27,388 nt of DNA from an uncultured Bacteroidales bacterium (GCA_937886455.1 CALGCU010000288.1:1-27388); one strand, 5' to 3'. Positions 1 to 9,836 are shown, counted from the stretch's first letter. Notes: generated by a model not told the origin, from the letters alone. Translations and numbers: made by a program.

Positions 1-1089
1 CAACGGATTGCATCTTCTGAACAGTTTCAAATGATTGTGACCTACTTGTTTGGCGCAGAAGCAGCACCCACATTCTTACAACAGTTCCGACAAATAAAAA
101 CAATTGATGCGTTTCAATGTAACATAATCTTGGATTTTCTGGTCAGATTAAGAAAATCTACTACGGGGGGAGTAAGATTGAGTGATTTTACTAAACTACG
201 CTATCGGTCTAATCTCTTCATAACGAATCATCGTGACATTGTACTCGATTCGGCATTCCTCAATATGTGCTTGTGTGAAGACGGAGTGAGAACATCGGAA
301 ATTGCCATTGGAGACAATTTGTTGATTTATCCATGGATTGCTGATTTGGTAAGACTCAACAAAAGCTTTATCGTAAAAAGAAGTGGTACTCCTCGTGAAT
401 TGTTGCAAAACTCCATTAGAATGTCTGCCTACATAAGGCATGACATAACTGAACGCCAGGAGTCTGTATGGATTGCTCAACGGGAAGGACGTTGCAAAGA
501 CTCAAATGACCGCACGCAAGAAAGCCTACTCAAAATGTTGGCGCTCTCAGGGGAAGGAAGCATGGCGAAACGACTCAAAGAACTCCACATGGTGCCCATA
601 TCAATATCCTATGAATATGACCCATGTGACTACCTCAAGGCAAAGGAATTTCAACTGAAAAGGGATAATCCGAACTATAAGAAAACACCGGCTGACGACC
701 TGCTGAGTATGAAAACAGGAGTGATGGGACAGAAAGGAAGGGTGCATTTCTATGTCTGTGAATATATGGATGATTTCTTTGATGAATTAGACAAAAAAAC
801 AACGGATAAAGCGGAGCAATGTAGTGCAATAGCGCAGGAAATTGACAGAAGAATCCATGCCGGATATGAACTCTTCCCAGGACATTGGGTAGCACTCGAC
901 TGGCTAAAAGGAACACAACAATTCACACATTGCTACACGCAGGAGGAAAAGGAACAGTTTGAAGCGTATATCAAACAACAACTGGATAAAATTGACCTGC
1001 CTAATAAAGATGAAGAATTTCTACTGGATAAACTACTGTCTATGTATGCTAATCCGGTTATTAACTACCTTAATGCAAAAAAAGGATGA
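1..1089 (+). CDS. Phospholipid/glycerol acyltransferase (PlsC-like), 5'-partial at window edge
   Basis: HxxxxD acyltransferase motif (NHRDIVLD), WIAQREGR block and PISISYEYDP. The frame is open from base 1, so ATG 31 is probably not the true start. The stop overlaps the coaD start (ATGA, 1086-1089). Confidence 0.85.
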   Translation, partial: QRIASSEQFQMIVTYLFGAEAAPTFLQQFRQIKTIDAFQCNIILDFLVRLRKSTTGGVRLSDFTKLRYRSNLFITNHRDIVLDSAFLNMCLCEDGVRTSEIAIGDNLLIYPWIADLVRLNKSFIVKRSGTPRELLQNSIRMSAYIRHDITERQESVWIAQREGRCKDSNDRTQESLLKMLALSGEGSMAKRLKELHMVPISISYEYDPCDYLKAKEFQLKRDNPNYKKTPADDLLSMKTGVMGQKGRVHFYVCEYMDDFFDELDKKTTDKAEQCSAIAQEIDRRIHAGYELFPGHWVALDWLKGTQQFTHCYTQEEKEQFEAYIKQQLDKIDLPNKDEEFLLDKLLSMYANPVINYLNAKKG

Positions 1090-1547
1090 AAAGAGCTGTA
1101 TTCCCGGGGTCGTTTGACCCGTTTACTATAGGGCATTACTCCATTGTACAACGTGGACTGGCTCTGTTTGACGAAATAGTGATTGGAGTGGGAGTCAATA
1201 GTAGTAAAAAGTCACTGTTTACACCGCAAGAAAGAATGGAGATTATACGGCAAGCCTTTGCTGAACAACCAAGAGTGACAATACACACTTATGATTGTCT
1301 GACCATTGACTTTGCACGCTCTGTACAGGCTGACTTCATTTTACGTGGACTACGCACGGTGGCTGACTTTGAATATGAGAGAAGCATAGCGGATGCTAAT
1401 CGCAACCTCTCCGGCATAGAAACACTCACACTCTTCACGGAAGAACGATATGCGTTTATTTCATCTTCTGTGATACGTGACTTATATTCTTATGGCAAGG
1501 ATATACAAGCATTCTTGCCTCCTAATGTAACTCTACCTAAACGATAA
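1086..1547 (+). CDS. coaD: Phosphopantetheine adenylyltransferase
   Basis: FPGSFDPFTIGH (HxGH-type motif), RGLR..DFEYE and ISSS motifs; 153 aa is typical. Confidence 0.96.
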   Translation: MKRAVFPGSFDPFTIGHYSIVQRGLALFDEIVIGVGVNSSKKSLFTPQERMEIIRQAFAEQPRVTIHTYDCLTIDFARSVQADFILRGLRTVADFEYERSIADANRNLSGIETLTLFTEERYAFISSSVIRDLYSYGKDIQAFLPPNVTLPKR

Positions 1548-3206
1548 ATGATGAAAAAGAGACTATTCTTGTGTGCCTTAGGAATGATATGCTACACACT
1601 GGCAATGGGCAACACTACTCCTAAACATCGTCGCATTGACACGCAAATGGCGGTATATGCGGACGTAATGAGAATGTTGGATGTGTTTTATGTGGACACA
1701 CTGAATTATGAACACCTCACAACGACTGCTATCATGGCAACTGTGTCGGAGCTGGACCCATACACAGTGTATGTACCTAAGGAAAATAAGGAAGACCTGC
1801 GTATGATGACTACAGGAGAATACGGAGGGATTGGAAGTGTGATTACTCAACGCGGGGATAGTATCATCATCTCTGAACCTTATGAGGGAATGCCGGCACA
1901 ACGGGCAGGACTGAAAGCGGGAGATGTCTTGCTGAAAGTGGATGGGGTGTCGGTGAAAGGAAAAACAGTGTCGCAAGTGAGCGACATGCTGAGAGGTGTG
2001 CCACATGAAGTGATCCGTTTGAGTGTGAAAAGATCCAATGTAAAGAAGGTACTCAATTTTGAATTTGAAAGGGAAACAATTCATATTCAATCTATCGCAT
2101 ATTATGGCTGTATAGCTCCGAAAGTGGGATATGTATTGCTGAATGATTTTACTGAACATGCGGCTACTGACTTTAAGAAAGCTGTACAGGATATGGTGAA
2201 ACGGGATAGTATCTCATCACTCGTGATTGATCTTAGGGGTAATGGGGGTGGACTGATTGATGAGGCGGTAAAGATAGTGAGCTATTTTACCCCAAGGGGA
2301 ACACAAGTGGTGTCGGTCAAAGGTAAACATCCTTCTGCAGAGAGAGTGTATAAAACACTCACAGACCCTCTCTTCCCGGATATGAAACTGGCGGTATTGG
2401 TGAATAACTCATCGGCTTCTGCTTCGGAAATTGTGGCTGGAGCATTCCAAGATCTGGATCGTGGAGTACTGTTGGGAACGCGTACTTTCGGAAAAGGATT
2501 GGTACAAAACATAAGAACGGTGGGAAGTGATGGCGGAAACTTAAAACTCACTACCGGTAAGTATTATATACCATCCGGACGTTGCATTCAAGCTATTGAC
2601 TATACACATCGTAACGAAGATGGTAGTGTGGGAGCAATACCCGATAGCTTGACAAAGGAATTTAAAACCAAAGCGGGTAGAACGGTCAGAGATGGAGGGG
2701 GAGTGACTCCTGATGTACTGCTGAAAGAACGGGAGGATATTAACATCGCCTACCACTTGTTCATGCAACATGTCTTCTTTGATTTTGCAACAAACTATGA
2801 ACAACAACATGCTTCTATACTTACGCCGGATTCTTTTGTGATAACGGAAGACTTGTTTAATGATTTTGAGAAATATGTTCAAGAACGAAAATTCACTTAT
2901 ACCACCCACACGGAAAAATACCTGAAAGAACTGCATGAATGGGCTGAATTTGAAGGCTTGGATTCTTTGGTGACAACGGAATTTGCAGCACTCGAAGCAA
3001 AATTAAAGCCTAATGTCGCAGAAGAACTGAAACGTCATCGTGAAGACGTGGAAATGCTCTTGGCAGATGAAATAATCAAACGTTATTTCTATAAAAAAGG
3101 TATGGTGCAATATAGAGTGAGAAAGGATAAAGATATTCTTAAAACGGTTGAAATCTTGTTGGATGAAAAACAATATAAAGATATTCTCTCCGCTAAAAAG
3201 AAATAG
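1548..3206 (+). CDS. S41 family carboxyl-terminal processing protease (PDZ + S41)
   Basis: Signal peptide, LDPYT, GEYGGIG PDZ entry, DLRGNGGG, catalytic Ser in SASASE and Lys in TFGKG. Confidence 0.93.
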   Translation: MMKKRLFLCALGMICYTLAMGNTTPKHRRIDTQMAVYADVMRMLDVFYVDTLNYEHLTTTAIMATVSELDPYTVYVPKENKEDLRMMTTGEYGGIGSVITQRGDSIIISEPYEGMPAQRAGLKAGDVLLKVDGVSVKGKTVSQVSDMLRGVPHEVIRLSVKRSNVKKVLNFEFERETIHIQSIAYYGCIAPKVGYVLLNDFTEHAATDFKKAVQDMVKRDSISSLVIDLRGNGGGLIDEAVKIVSYFTPRGTQVVSVKGKHPSAERVYKTLTDPLFPDMKLAVLVNNSSASASEIVAGAFQDLDRGVLLGTRTFGKGLVQNIRTVGSDGGNLKLTTGKYYIPSGRCIQAIDYTHRNEDGSVGAIPDSLTKEFKTKAGRTVRDGGGVTPDVLLKEREDINIAYHLFMQHVFFDFATNYEQQHASILTPDSFVITEDLFNDFEKYVQERKFTYTTHTEKYLKELHEWAEFEGLDSLVTTEFAALEAKLKPNVAEELKRHREDVEMLLADEIIKRYFYKKGMVQYRVRKDKDILKTVEILLDEKQYKDILSAKKK

Positions 3207-3217
3207 CCTATAACAAC

Positions 3218-4501
3218 GTGAAGTGGTTGCATAAAATAAACAATGTGTCACATAATCCGGTGGTGCGCAACGCAGGTAAATTGCTTTCTGCAAATGTATT
3301 GGCGCAACTATTGGGACTCTTGTTCTATCCTATTCTCACACGCTTATATGCTCCTTCTGACTTCGGATTGTTTAATCTCTTTATCAGCATAGGAAGTATT
3401 CTGTCTTTGTTTGCAACGGCTGAATATCATTACTCTGTTGCTTTGCCGAAAGAAGAAGAGAAAGCGGCTGCTTGTTTTCATGTCGGATGTGTGTGCCTGC
3501 TGTTGGTGAGCGTGTTATGTGTGGGAGCATCGTTTTTCTCCTCAGTTATTGCGGATTGGTTTAATACGCCTGAATTAGGGGCTGTCTTTCACTTGTTAGG
3601 CTTCTTTGTCTTTTTTTCTGGATTATGGAACTTACTTAATTATTGGTGGATTCGCCAAAATCAGTTTACACGTATCAGTGTCTATCAGTTAACACTGAGT
3701 GGGGGTAATGTGGTTAGTAAATATACTTTTGCTCATCTTGGTTTAATGAACAGCGGATTGATACTGGGAGCAATTGTGGGACAACTGCTGGCTACAATAA
3801 GTTGCCTGCTCGGGAAAAGCCGGGCTTTAATCACTCCTTTGTTGCGACCACAAAGTTCTGTTATGCGCTCTATGGCAAAAGAATATCGGAATTATCCGTT
3901 GTATTCGCTGCCACGTGTGCTGATTAACAATTTGGGGGCACACCTCCCGGTTCTATTGCTTACCCCGCTTTTTGGAACAACTGAATTAGGGTTGTTTGGA
4001 ATGGCTGTTACATTGGCTTTTAGACCAATTAATATGGTAGTGTCATCGCTTTATCAGGTGTTTTTACAACACTCTGGTGAACGCATACATCAACATCGAC
4101 CTATCTCATCGATGTTGTTTAAATACATGGGGCGAATGACAATGTTTGTCCTACCGGTATTTGTGGTGCTTTATATTGTACTACCAAACCTCACGGCATG
4201 GATGCTGGGTGATGAGTGGTTCACAACAGGAATATATATTCGTTTGATGTTACCATGGCTATTCTTTACCTTACTCCTTTCGCCTATGGGACATCTGGCG
4301 GATGTCTTTATGAAACAAAAGTGGTGGCTGGGATTTGAAATATTGTCATTTATTCTGCGTCTTGCGGGTTTGCTATTGGGTATGTGGAAAGGATCTATGG
4401 TGGCTACAATAGCCTACTACTGCCTTGCGGGAACATTGAGCTATTTAGTGCAACTTCCTTGCTACTTGTATTTAATTCGTCATTATGAACGTGAACTCTA
4501 A
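3218..4501 (+). CDS. Wzx-like oligosaccharide flippase / polysaccharide export protein
   Basis: Multi-TM protein with PILTRLYAPSDFG N-terminal motif typical of the polysaccharide-biosynthesis (MOP) family; GTG start. Confidence 0.85.
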   Translation: MKWLHKINNVSHNPVVRNAGKLLSANVLAQLLGLLFYPILTRLYAPSDFGLFNLFISIGSILSLFATAEYHYSVALPKEEEKAAACFHVGCVCLLLVSVLCVGASFFSSVIADWFNTPELGAVFHLLGFFVFFSGLWNLLNYWWIRQNQFTRISVYQLTLSGGNVVSKYTFAHLGLMNSGLILGAIVGQLLATISCLLGKSRALITPLLRPQSSVMRSMAKEYRNYPLYSLPRVLINNLGAHLPVLLLTPLFGTTELGLFGMAVTLAFRPINMVVSSLYQVFLQHSGERIHQHRPISSMLFKYMGRMTMFVLPVFVVLYIVLPNLTAWMLGDEWFTTGIYIRLMLPWLFFTLLLSPMGHLADVFMKQKWWLGFEILSFILRLAGLLLGMWKGSMVATIAYYCLAGTLSYLVQLPCYLYLIRHYEREL

Positions 4502-4504
4502 GTT

Positions 4505-5422
4505 ATGGCATACGTCTATATTTATCCTCCAAATGATACACAAAACGATTTTATAATCGACCAAATAGAAAGATGGAAACAACAAGGCTTTGTGTGCGTA
4601 AATAGCCTCAAGGATTTCTTGAAAATTGAGTGGTTTGTCTTAAATTGGTATGAGAATATCTATGTGGGTTCGCGTTTCGCTTATTGTAAGAAACTTTTGT
4701 TTCTCTATGGCTTAGTGTTGTGCGGAAAGAAAATCGTGGTGTATATTCACAACAAACGCCCGCATGTTAAGTATGGCGCAATGCCTCATTATACACGTTC
4801 TGAACGCTTGTTGTTGCATCTGATTAGGAGGGCTACAAAGGTTGTGATACTCACTCCTACAGTTCTGCAGTATTTTGACGGAAAACTTCATCAAGCTCTT
4901 CTTAAAGCACAGGATAAGACTTTGTGTGTGCCACATCCTAACTTTGATTTCCTTTATACGGTTCCGACTATGGTTAGTCATGATGGGAATATTCGTTTGC
5001 TGGTGTTTGGACAGATAGAAAAATACAAAGGAGTGGAGATTGCCATCCAAGCAATGAATCGCTTGGAAAGAAAGGATGTGGAAATGCACATCGTGGGCTC
5101 ATGCCCATTGGAACAACAAAGGGCTTTGTGTCAACTTTCTACTAATCCGAATACCTATTTCCGCTTTGAGTTTGTGAAAAATGAGGACTTGGCTGAATTA
5201 TTCTCACCCTTTGATTATGCGGTATTCCCATTGGATACGACCAGTTGTCTTAATTCTTCTTCTGTGATATTGGCGCATTCTTTACACACACCGGTTGTGT
5301 GTCCGCATATAGCTACGCTGGATGAGATGCCTCAACAAAGCTATATATCTTATCAATATGCTACACAAGAGGAACATATTGATGTACTGGCGAAGATTTT
5401 GGACTCTTTGCAGAAAAAATAA
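4505..5422 (+). CDS. Glycosyltransferase, GT-B fold (GT4-like)
   Basis: PHPNF linker, LVFGQIEKYKG nucleotide-sugar binding motif, C-terminal S..ILA.SL.TPVV segment; lies 3 bp after the flippase. Confidence 0.75.
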   Translation: MAYVYIYPPNDTQNDFIIDQIERWKQQGFVCVNSLKDFLKIEWFVLNWYENIYVGSRFAYCKKLLFLYGLVLCGKKIVVYIHNKRPHVKYGAMPHYTRSERLLLHLIRRATKVVILTPTVLQYFDGKLHQALLKAQDKTLCVPHPNFDFLYTVPTMVSHDGNIRLLVFGQIEKYKGVEIAIQAMNRLERKDVEMHIVGSCPLEQQRALCQLSTNPNTYFRFEFVKNEDLAELFSPFDYAVFPLDTTSCLNSSSVILAHSLHTPVVCPHIATLDEMPQQSYISYQYATQEEHIDVLAKILDSLQKK

Positions 5423-5431
5423 TTGAAAAAA

Positions 5432-5491
5432 CATCTCCGTTACCATACCGTTACCATTAGATAGGAATAAGTTTTTTATCGGACACCAATA
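5432..5491 (-). repeat. Solo IS-end-like element with 11-bp tandem array (TGGTAACGGTA/TGGTAACGGAG on - strand)
   Basis: The reverse complement reads TATTGGTGTCCGATAAA...TTATTCCTATCTA-A-TGGTAACGGTA-TGGTAACGGAG-ATG, homologous to 8261-8346 (15/17 in the terminal repeat, 13/13 in TTATTCCTATCTA). Confidence 0.8.
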
Positions 5492-5512
5492 ACTTTTTAA
5501 TGGCCTCTTAGT

Positions 5513-5669
5513 AAGATAGCATACACACCAAAGGAAGAATAAATTAAGTAAACTAATTTTTGTTTCTCCGCTCGGTTTTCACTATCTTTAAATAAGATAG
5601 GCTGCGGCTCGGCAATATCAAAAATTAAGTAAACTTATTTTTGTTATTTCACTCGCCTTGCACTATCTT
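5513..5669 (+). repeat. Two tandem 76-bp imperfect palindromic units (AAGATAG...CTATCTT), period 81
   Basis: Units 5513-5588 and 5594-5669 share the termini and the core AAATTAAGTAAACT.ATTTTTGTT. Confidence 0.85.
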
Positions 5670-5671
5670 TG
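5640..5671 (+). promoter_or_regulatory. Bacteroidetes housekeeping promoter for pheT
   Basis: -33 TTTG (5640-5643), 20-nt spacer, -7 TATCTTTG (5664-5671); ends 32 nt before the ATG. Confidence 0.75.
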
Positions 5672-5703
5672 CAAATTGAAAAAGGATTATAATAAAGATT
5701 GCA

Positions 5704-8166
5704 ATGAATATATCGTACAATTGGCTTAAAAACTACATCAATCTATCCGAATCTCCGGAAGAAATTTCTAAAGTATTAACCTCTATTGGATTGGAAGTGG
5801 GTACCACTGAAACGGTTCAAACTATCAAAGGTGGTTTGGAAGGATTAGTGGTGGGAGAAGTGCTCACATGTGTTGAACATGAAAACTCTGACCATCTGCA
5901 TGTGACTACAGTCAATGTGGGGGGTGAAACTCCTCTGCAAATCGTCTGTGGAGCACCTAATGTGGCGGCAGGACAAAAAGTAATCGTGGCAATGGTAGGT
6001 ACAGTACTATATGCAGGTGATGAGAGCTTCACAATCAAACGATCTAAAATTCGTGGAGTGGAGTCTTTGGGTATGATCTGCGCCGAAGATGAAATAGGAG
6101 TAGGGACTTCTCATGATGGTATAATGGTACTGCCCGCTGACACCCCTGTGGGTATGCCGGCGAAAGAATACTTCCACGTGGAGGATGATACTTTGATTGA
6201 AGTGGATATCACGCCTAATCGTGCTGATGCTATCTCTCACTATGGTGTGGCTCGCGACTTGGCTGCCTACTATGCTTTACATGGAAAAGGTATCACATTG
6301 ACACGTCCCTCTGCTGAAGCATTTAAAGTGGATAATCATGCCCTGGAAATAGCAGTGGAAGTACGTAATACAAAAGCGTGTCCGCGCTATTCGGGTGTGA
6401 CAGTAAAAGGGGTAACCGTAAAGGAATCTCCTGAATGGTTGCAGAATGCTTTGCGCACCATCGGACTCAACCCAATTAATAACGTGGTGGATGTGACCAA
6501 CTACGTAATGCATGAATTGGGACAACCACTACATGCTTTTGATGCTAATCATATTACAGGTGGAAAAATCATAGTGGACACTACTCCTCAAGATACATCT
6601 TTTGTTACTTTGGATGGAGTGGAACGTAAACTGAACGAGGCAGACCTGATGATTTGTGATGGGGAATGTAAACCAATGTGTATCGCAGGGGTGTTTGGAG
6701 GACTGAATTCAGGCGTGACTGAACAAACTACCAATGTATTCATTGAAAGTGCTTACTTTGACCCTGTGTCTGTGCGTAAAACAGCACGCCGACATGGACT
6801 TAATACGGATGCAAGTTTCCGCTATGAACGTGGCTGTGACCCTAATAACACACTCTATATCTTAAAGAGATGTGCATTGCTCATTCAAGAAGTGGCAGGG
6901 GGTACAATAGCCTCTGAACCTGTAGATATCTACCCTGAAGTATTACCGGATTTCTCAGTGTCACTCTCGCTGAATAAGGTGTATCAACTCATCGGTAAAG
7001 AGATTGGAAAAGACACAGTGGAAACAATCTTGAAAGCACTGGAAATTAAAATAATCTCTGAAAATGAAGGTGATTATCAATTGGAAGTGCCTCGCTATAG
7101 AGTGGATGTACAACGTGATGTGGATGTAATTGAAGATATATTGCGTATCTATGGTTACAATAATGTGGAGATTTCTGATAAGTTGAATGCTTGTCTCAGC
7201 TACGACAAAAAACCGAATAGTCACAAGCTGCAAAATCGTGTTTCTGAACAACTGACTGCTCAAGGATTTAATGAGATACTTAATAACTCACTTACAAAAT
7301 TGTCATACTACACAGATCTACAGACTTATCCGGTGGAAAATGCTGTGAAGGTTATGAATGCCTTGAGTAATGATTTGGGTGTACTGCGCCAAACGCTTTT
7401 GTTTGGAGGATTGGAAAGTATCGCATATAATGTTAATCGCCGTAATGCAGACTTGAAATTCTATGAGTTTGGCAACTGCTACCATTATAATGCAGAAAAG
7501 AAAGACGCAGAAAAGGCATTGGCAGCCTATACAGAAGAAAACCATCTCGCATTGTGGATTACGGGTAATCGTGCACCACAAACATGGATGAGACAGAGTG
7601 AAAAAACATCCTTCTATGAACTCAAAGCGTATGTTGAAAATCTATTGTGTCGTTTGGGAGTAAATACTGCTTCTTTACGCTATGAACCAATGGGAAATGA
7701 ACTCATCGCCGAGGGAATGATGATAATCTCTCCATCTAAACGTGTGTTTGGCTATATAGGTATAGTAAGCAAGAAATTACGCAAATCATTCGACATTGAC
7801 AATGAAGTGTATTATGCTGACTTGGAATGGAATGCCCTCATGAAGGAAATACGTAATCACAAGGTAAGCTACCGTGAAATTTCTAAATATCCTGAGGTGC
7901 GTCGCGACTTGGCTCTACTGGTGGATAAGAATGTTAAATATGCCGACTTGTATGCTGCTGCCTTTGCTGCTGAGCGTAAACTCTTACGGGAAGTAACACT
8001 CTTTGATGTGTATGAAGGTAAAAATCTGGAAGAAGGAAAGAAATCTTATGCACTCAATTTTGTGCTTCAAGACAACGAAAAAACATTGAATGATAAACAA
8101 ATTGAAAATGTAATGAAACGTATTCAAACTGCATTTGAAACGCAATTTGATGCTAAATTACGTTAA
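5704..8166 (+). CDS. pheT: Phenylalanine--tRNA ligase beta subunit
   Basis: MNISYNWLK start, tRNA-binding domain QIVCGAPNV, DITPNRAD, EDILRIYGY and C-terminal ferredoxin-fold domain (RRDLALLVD); 820 aa. Confidence 0.98.
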   Translation: MNISYNWLKNYINLSESPEEISKVLTSIGLEVGTTETVQTIKGGLEGLVVGEVLTCVEHENSDHLHVTTVNVGGETPLQIVCGAPNVAAGQKVIVAMVGTVLYAGDESFTIKRSKIRGVESLGMICAEDEIGVGTSHDGIMVLPADTPVGMPAKEYFHVEDDTLIEVDITPNRADAISHYGVARDLAAYYALHGKGITLTRPSAEAFKVDNHALEIAVEVRNTKACPRYSGVTVKGVTVKESPEWLQNALRTIGLNPINNVVDVTNYVMHELGQPLHAFDANHITGGKIIVDTTPQDTSFVTLDGVERKLNEADLMICDGECKPMCIAGVFGGLNSGVTEQTTNVFIESAYFDPVSVRKTARRHGLNTDASFRYERGCDPNNTLYILKRCALLIQEVAGGTIASEPVDIYPEVLPDFSVSLSLNKVYQLIGKEIGKDTVETILKALEIKIISENEGDYQLEVPRYRVDVQRDVDVIEDILRIYGYNNVEISDKLNACLSYDKKPNSHKLQNRVSEQLTAQGFNEILNNSLTKLSYYTDLQTYPVENAVKVMNALSNDLGVLRQTLLFGGLESIAYNVNRRNADLKFYEFGNCYHYNAEKKDAEKALAAYTEENHLALWITGNRAPQTWMRQSEKTSFYELKAYVENLLCRLGVNTASLRYEPMGNELIAEGMMIISPSKRVFGYIGIVSKKLRKSFDIDNEVYYADLEWNALMKEIRNHKVSYREISKYPEVRRDLALLVDKNVKYADLYAAAFAAERKLLREVTLFDVYEGKNLEEGKKSYALNFVLQDNEKTLNDKQIENVMKRIQTAFETQFDAKLR

Positions 8167-8192
8167 GGCCTATTTGTAAATAAAACGAACAA

Positions 8193-8233
8193 AAAATGAG
8201 AGGTTGACTAAATTTGTAGTCACCTCTCATTTT
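8193..8233 (+). terminator. Intrinsic terminator after pheT
   Basis: Stem AAAATGAGAGGT(T)GACTA / TAGTCACCTCTCATTTT ending in a T tract. Confidence 0.8.
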
Positions 8234-8299
8234 ATATTTAGAGCGATGTGGGTTTAATTTTATTGTTGTCCGTTAAATAAGAAATTTATTCCTATCTAG

Positions 8300-8343
8300 T
8301 GGTCCCGAGATGGTCCCGAGATGGTCCCGAGATGGTCGCGGGG
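8300..8343 (+). repeat. 11-bp tandem repeat TGGTCCCGAGA x3 plus variant TGGTCGCGGGG
   Basis: Read directly; flanked by the inverted repeat TCCTATC (8290-8296) / GATAGGA (8346-8352). Confidence 0.95.
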
Positions 8344-8419
8344 ATGATAGGACATTTCAATAGGATGCTACGCTGGAATTTGAAAAAAGAAATCTCAACC
8401 GCATAAATACAGCGGTTAA

Positions 8420-8713
8420 GACTCACTTTTCAAGCAAATCAAGCAGAATTTCCCGTTGAGATATTTTTACGGAGAGAGTGCTAATGCCATCAAAATACAG
8501 ATATGGGTGACGCTCATAGCCAATCTGTTGTTATCGTTGCTACAAAGCTCTCTTGAGAGGAGATGGAGCTTTTCAGGGTTGGCTACGATGGTAAGGATAG
8601 TCCTGATGTATTACCTCAATATAAACACATTCTTTAACAAACCTGATGAAGACCTTAAACTGATGCTTATGGAGGCAGCAGAACCACCACCTAAGGAGGT
8701 AATAAGCTCATAA
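8420..8713 (+). pseudogene. IS4-family DDE transposase C-terminal fragment
   Basis: The frame reads SLFKQIKQNFPLRYFYGESANAIKIQIWVTLIANLL, the segment following the IS4 Y(2)R(3)E(6)K signature. An in-frame TAA lies at 8417-8419 and the N-terminal/catalytic part is absent. Confidence 0.88.
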
Positions 8714-8804
8714 GAGGGGCTTGTCTGATATGAAAATAACTCCCAACTTATCTATTTCAGCAAGTTGGGAGGGAATTCAAGTCTTTAGCGGACAGTAATA
8801 AATA

Positions 8805-8839
8805 AAAAACGTGCATCAGGGGTGTTGATGCACGTTTTT
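8805..8839. terminator. Bidirectional intrinsic terminator downstream of the YitT gene
   Basis: Perfect 14-bp stem AAAAACGTGCATCA / TGATGCACGTTTTT with a 7-nt loop. Confidence 0.85.
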
Positions 8840-8855
8840 GTGTAATGTGGTGGGG

Positions 8856-9800
8856 TTATTTATTGGCGTTTTTACGTCTGTTTTTGTCGCCCCATAGTCC
8901 ATATACTTCGCTGACGTTGCCTGCTGTGATGAAAGCGTTTATTTCGTTTTCGTCAACGAATTTCATAAGGTCTGAAAATTCGTCTGTTGATAGGAGTACT
9001 TCGAGTTCTATTTTTTCTTCTCCTGTGTATCCGCCTTTAACGTTATACATGGTAACTCCACGTGATATGTCTTTGACAATGAATTCTTTTATTTTTTCAT
9101 GTTCCGGAGATATGATGCATACGCGTTTTTTGCGATTGATGCTTGCTGTGAAGTAATCGACAACGAGCCCGTTAATCCATGTTCCAATCAATCCAATAAT
9201 TACTAATCGCGCATCGTTGATGGCAAAGGCTGTACAACAGATAATCCAACCTGCTACTGATACTGATGTTCCGATGTCGAAGTGGAGGTATTTGTTTACA
9301 ATTTTGGCAAGGATGTCAAGTCCTCCTGTGGATGCGTTGATTTTGAATAAAACTGCTTGTGATAGACTTAATAGTACAACAAAGCAACATAGGTCAAGCC
9401 ACAGGTCGCCCATTATTGAAGGGATTTCTGAGTTGGTGGCGATGAAGTTTTCATAGGGGAAATACTTTTCTAATACGCCAATCAGTGGTCCTAAGATTAG
9501 GGCTGTGTAAACTGTTTTGATGCCGAATTCTTTGTCAATCAATATGTAAGCCAAGATGAGCAGAATGGCATTGATGACGAAAATAACTGTAGATACGTTA
9601 AGTGGAAATCCAAAGAACTGTTCGCAAATGCCGCTAATCACGATGGATAGACCGGAGATGGTACCGATAATGAGTTTGCTTGGTACAAGGAAATAGTAAA
9701 CAGCGCATGCTGTGACTACCATTCCTAAGGTCATGATTATCAATTCAACCCAGAACTTCTTGGTTCCTAAATAGCTGATAATGTCTTTAAGGTTCATCAT
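8856..9800 (-). CDS. YitT family membrane protein (DUF2179 C-terminus)
   Basis: GTISGLS, ASTGGLDI and RGVT...GGYTGE...AFIT motifs. Confidence 0.9.
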   Translation of the reverse strand: MMNLKDIISYLGTKKFWVELIIMTLGMVVTACAVYYFLVPSKLIIGTISGLSIVISGICEQFFGFPLNVSTVIFVINAILLILAYILIDKEFGIKTVYTALILGPLIGVLEKYFPYENFIATNSEIPSIMGDLWLDLCCFVVLLSLSQAVLFKINASTGGLDILAKIVNKYLHFDIGTSVSVAGWIICCTAFAINDARLVIIGLIGTWINGLVVDYFTASINRKKRVCIISPEHEKIKEFIVKDISRGVTMYNVKGGYTGEEKIELEVLLSTDEFSDLMKFVDENEINAFITAGNVSEVYGLWGDKNRRKNANK

Positions 9801-9828
9801 ATTTGTGTGTGTTTTTTTTTAGGATGCG

Positions 9829-9836
9829 CAAAGGTA
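9829..9836 (-). promoter_or_regulatory. -7 promoter box TACCTTTG upstream of yitT
   Basis: CAAAGGTA on + strand, 28 nt upstream of the start; no clean -33 box at canonical spacing. Confidence 0.6.

Larger units (their letters stand above)
8261..8800 (+). mobile_element. Internally deleted IS4-family element (~540 bp, non-autonomous)
   Basis: Imperfect terminal inverted repeats TATTGTTGTCCGTTAAA (8261-8277) and TTTAGCGGACAGTAATA (8784-8800), 14/17. Subterminal hairpins at 8393-8421 and 8740-8771. Encloses a transposase C-terminus. No target-site duplication is visible. Confidence 0.75.

Noticed and set aside
5513..5669. Tandem ~80-bp units as a CRISPR array
   Set aside because: The units are homologous along their whole length and palindromic, with no identical repeats separated by unique spacers, and there are no cas genes.
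8344..8406. ATG after the 11-mer arrays as the start of a conserved small peptide
   Set aside because: The downstream frames are short (20 codons here, 5 codons at 20405) and unrelated between loci.
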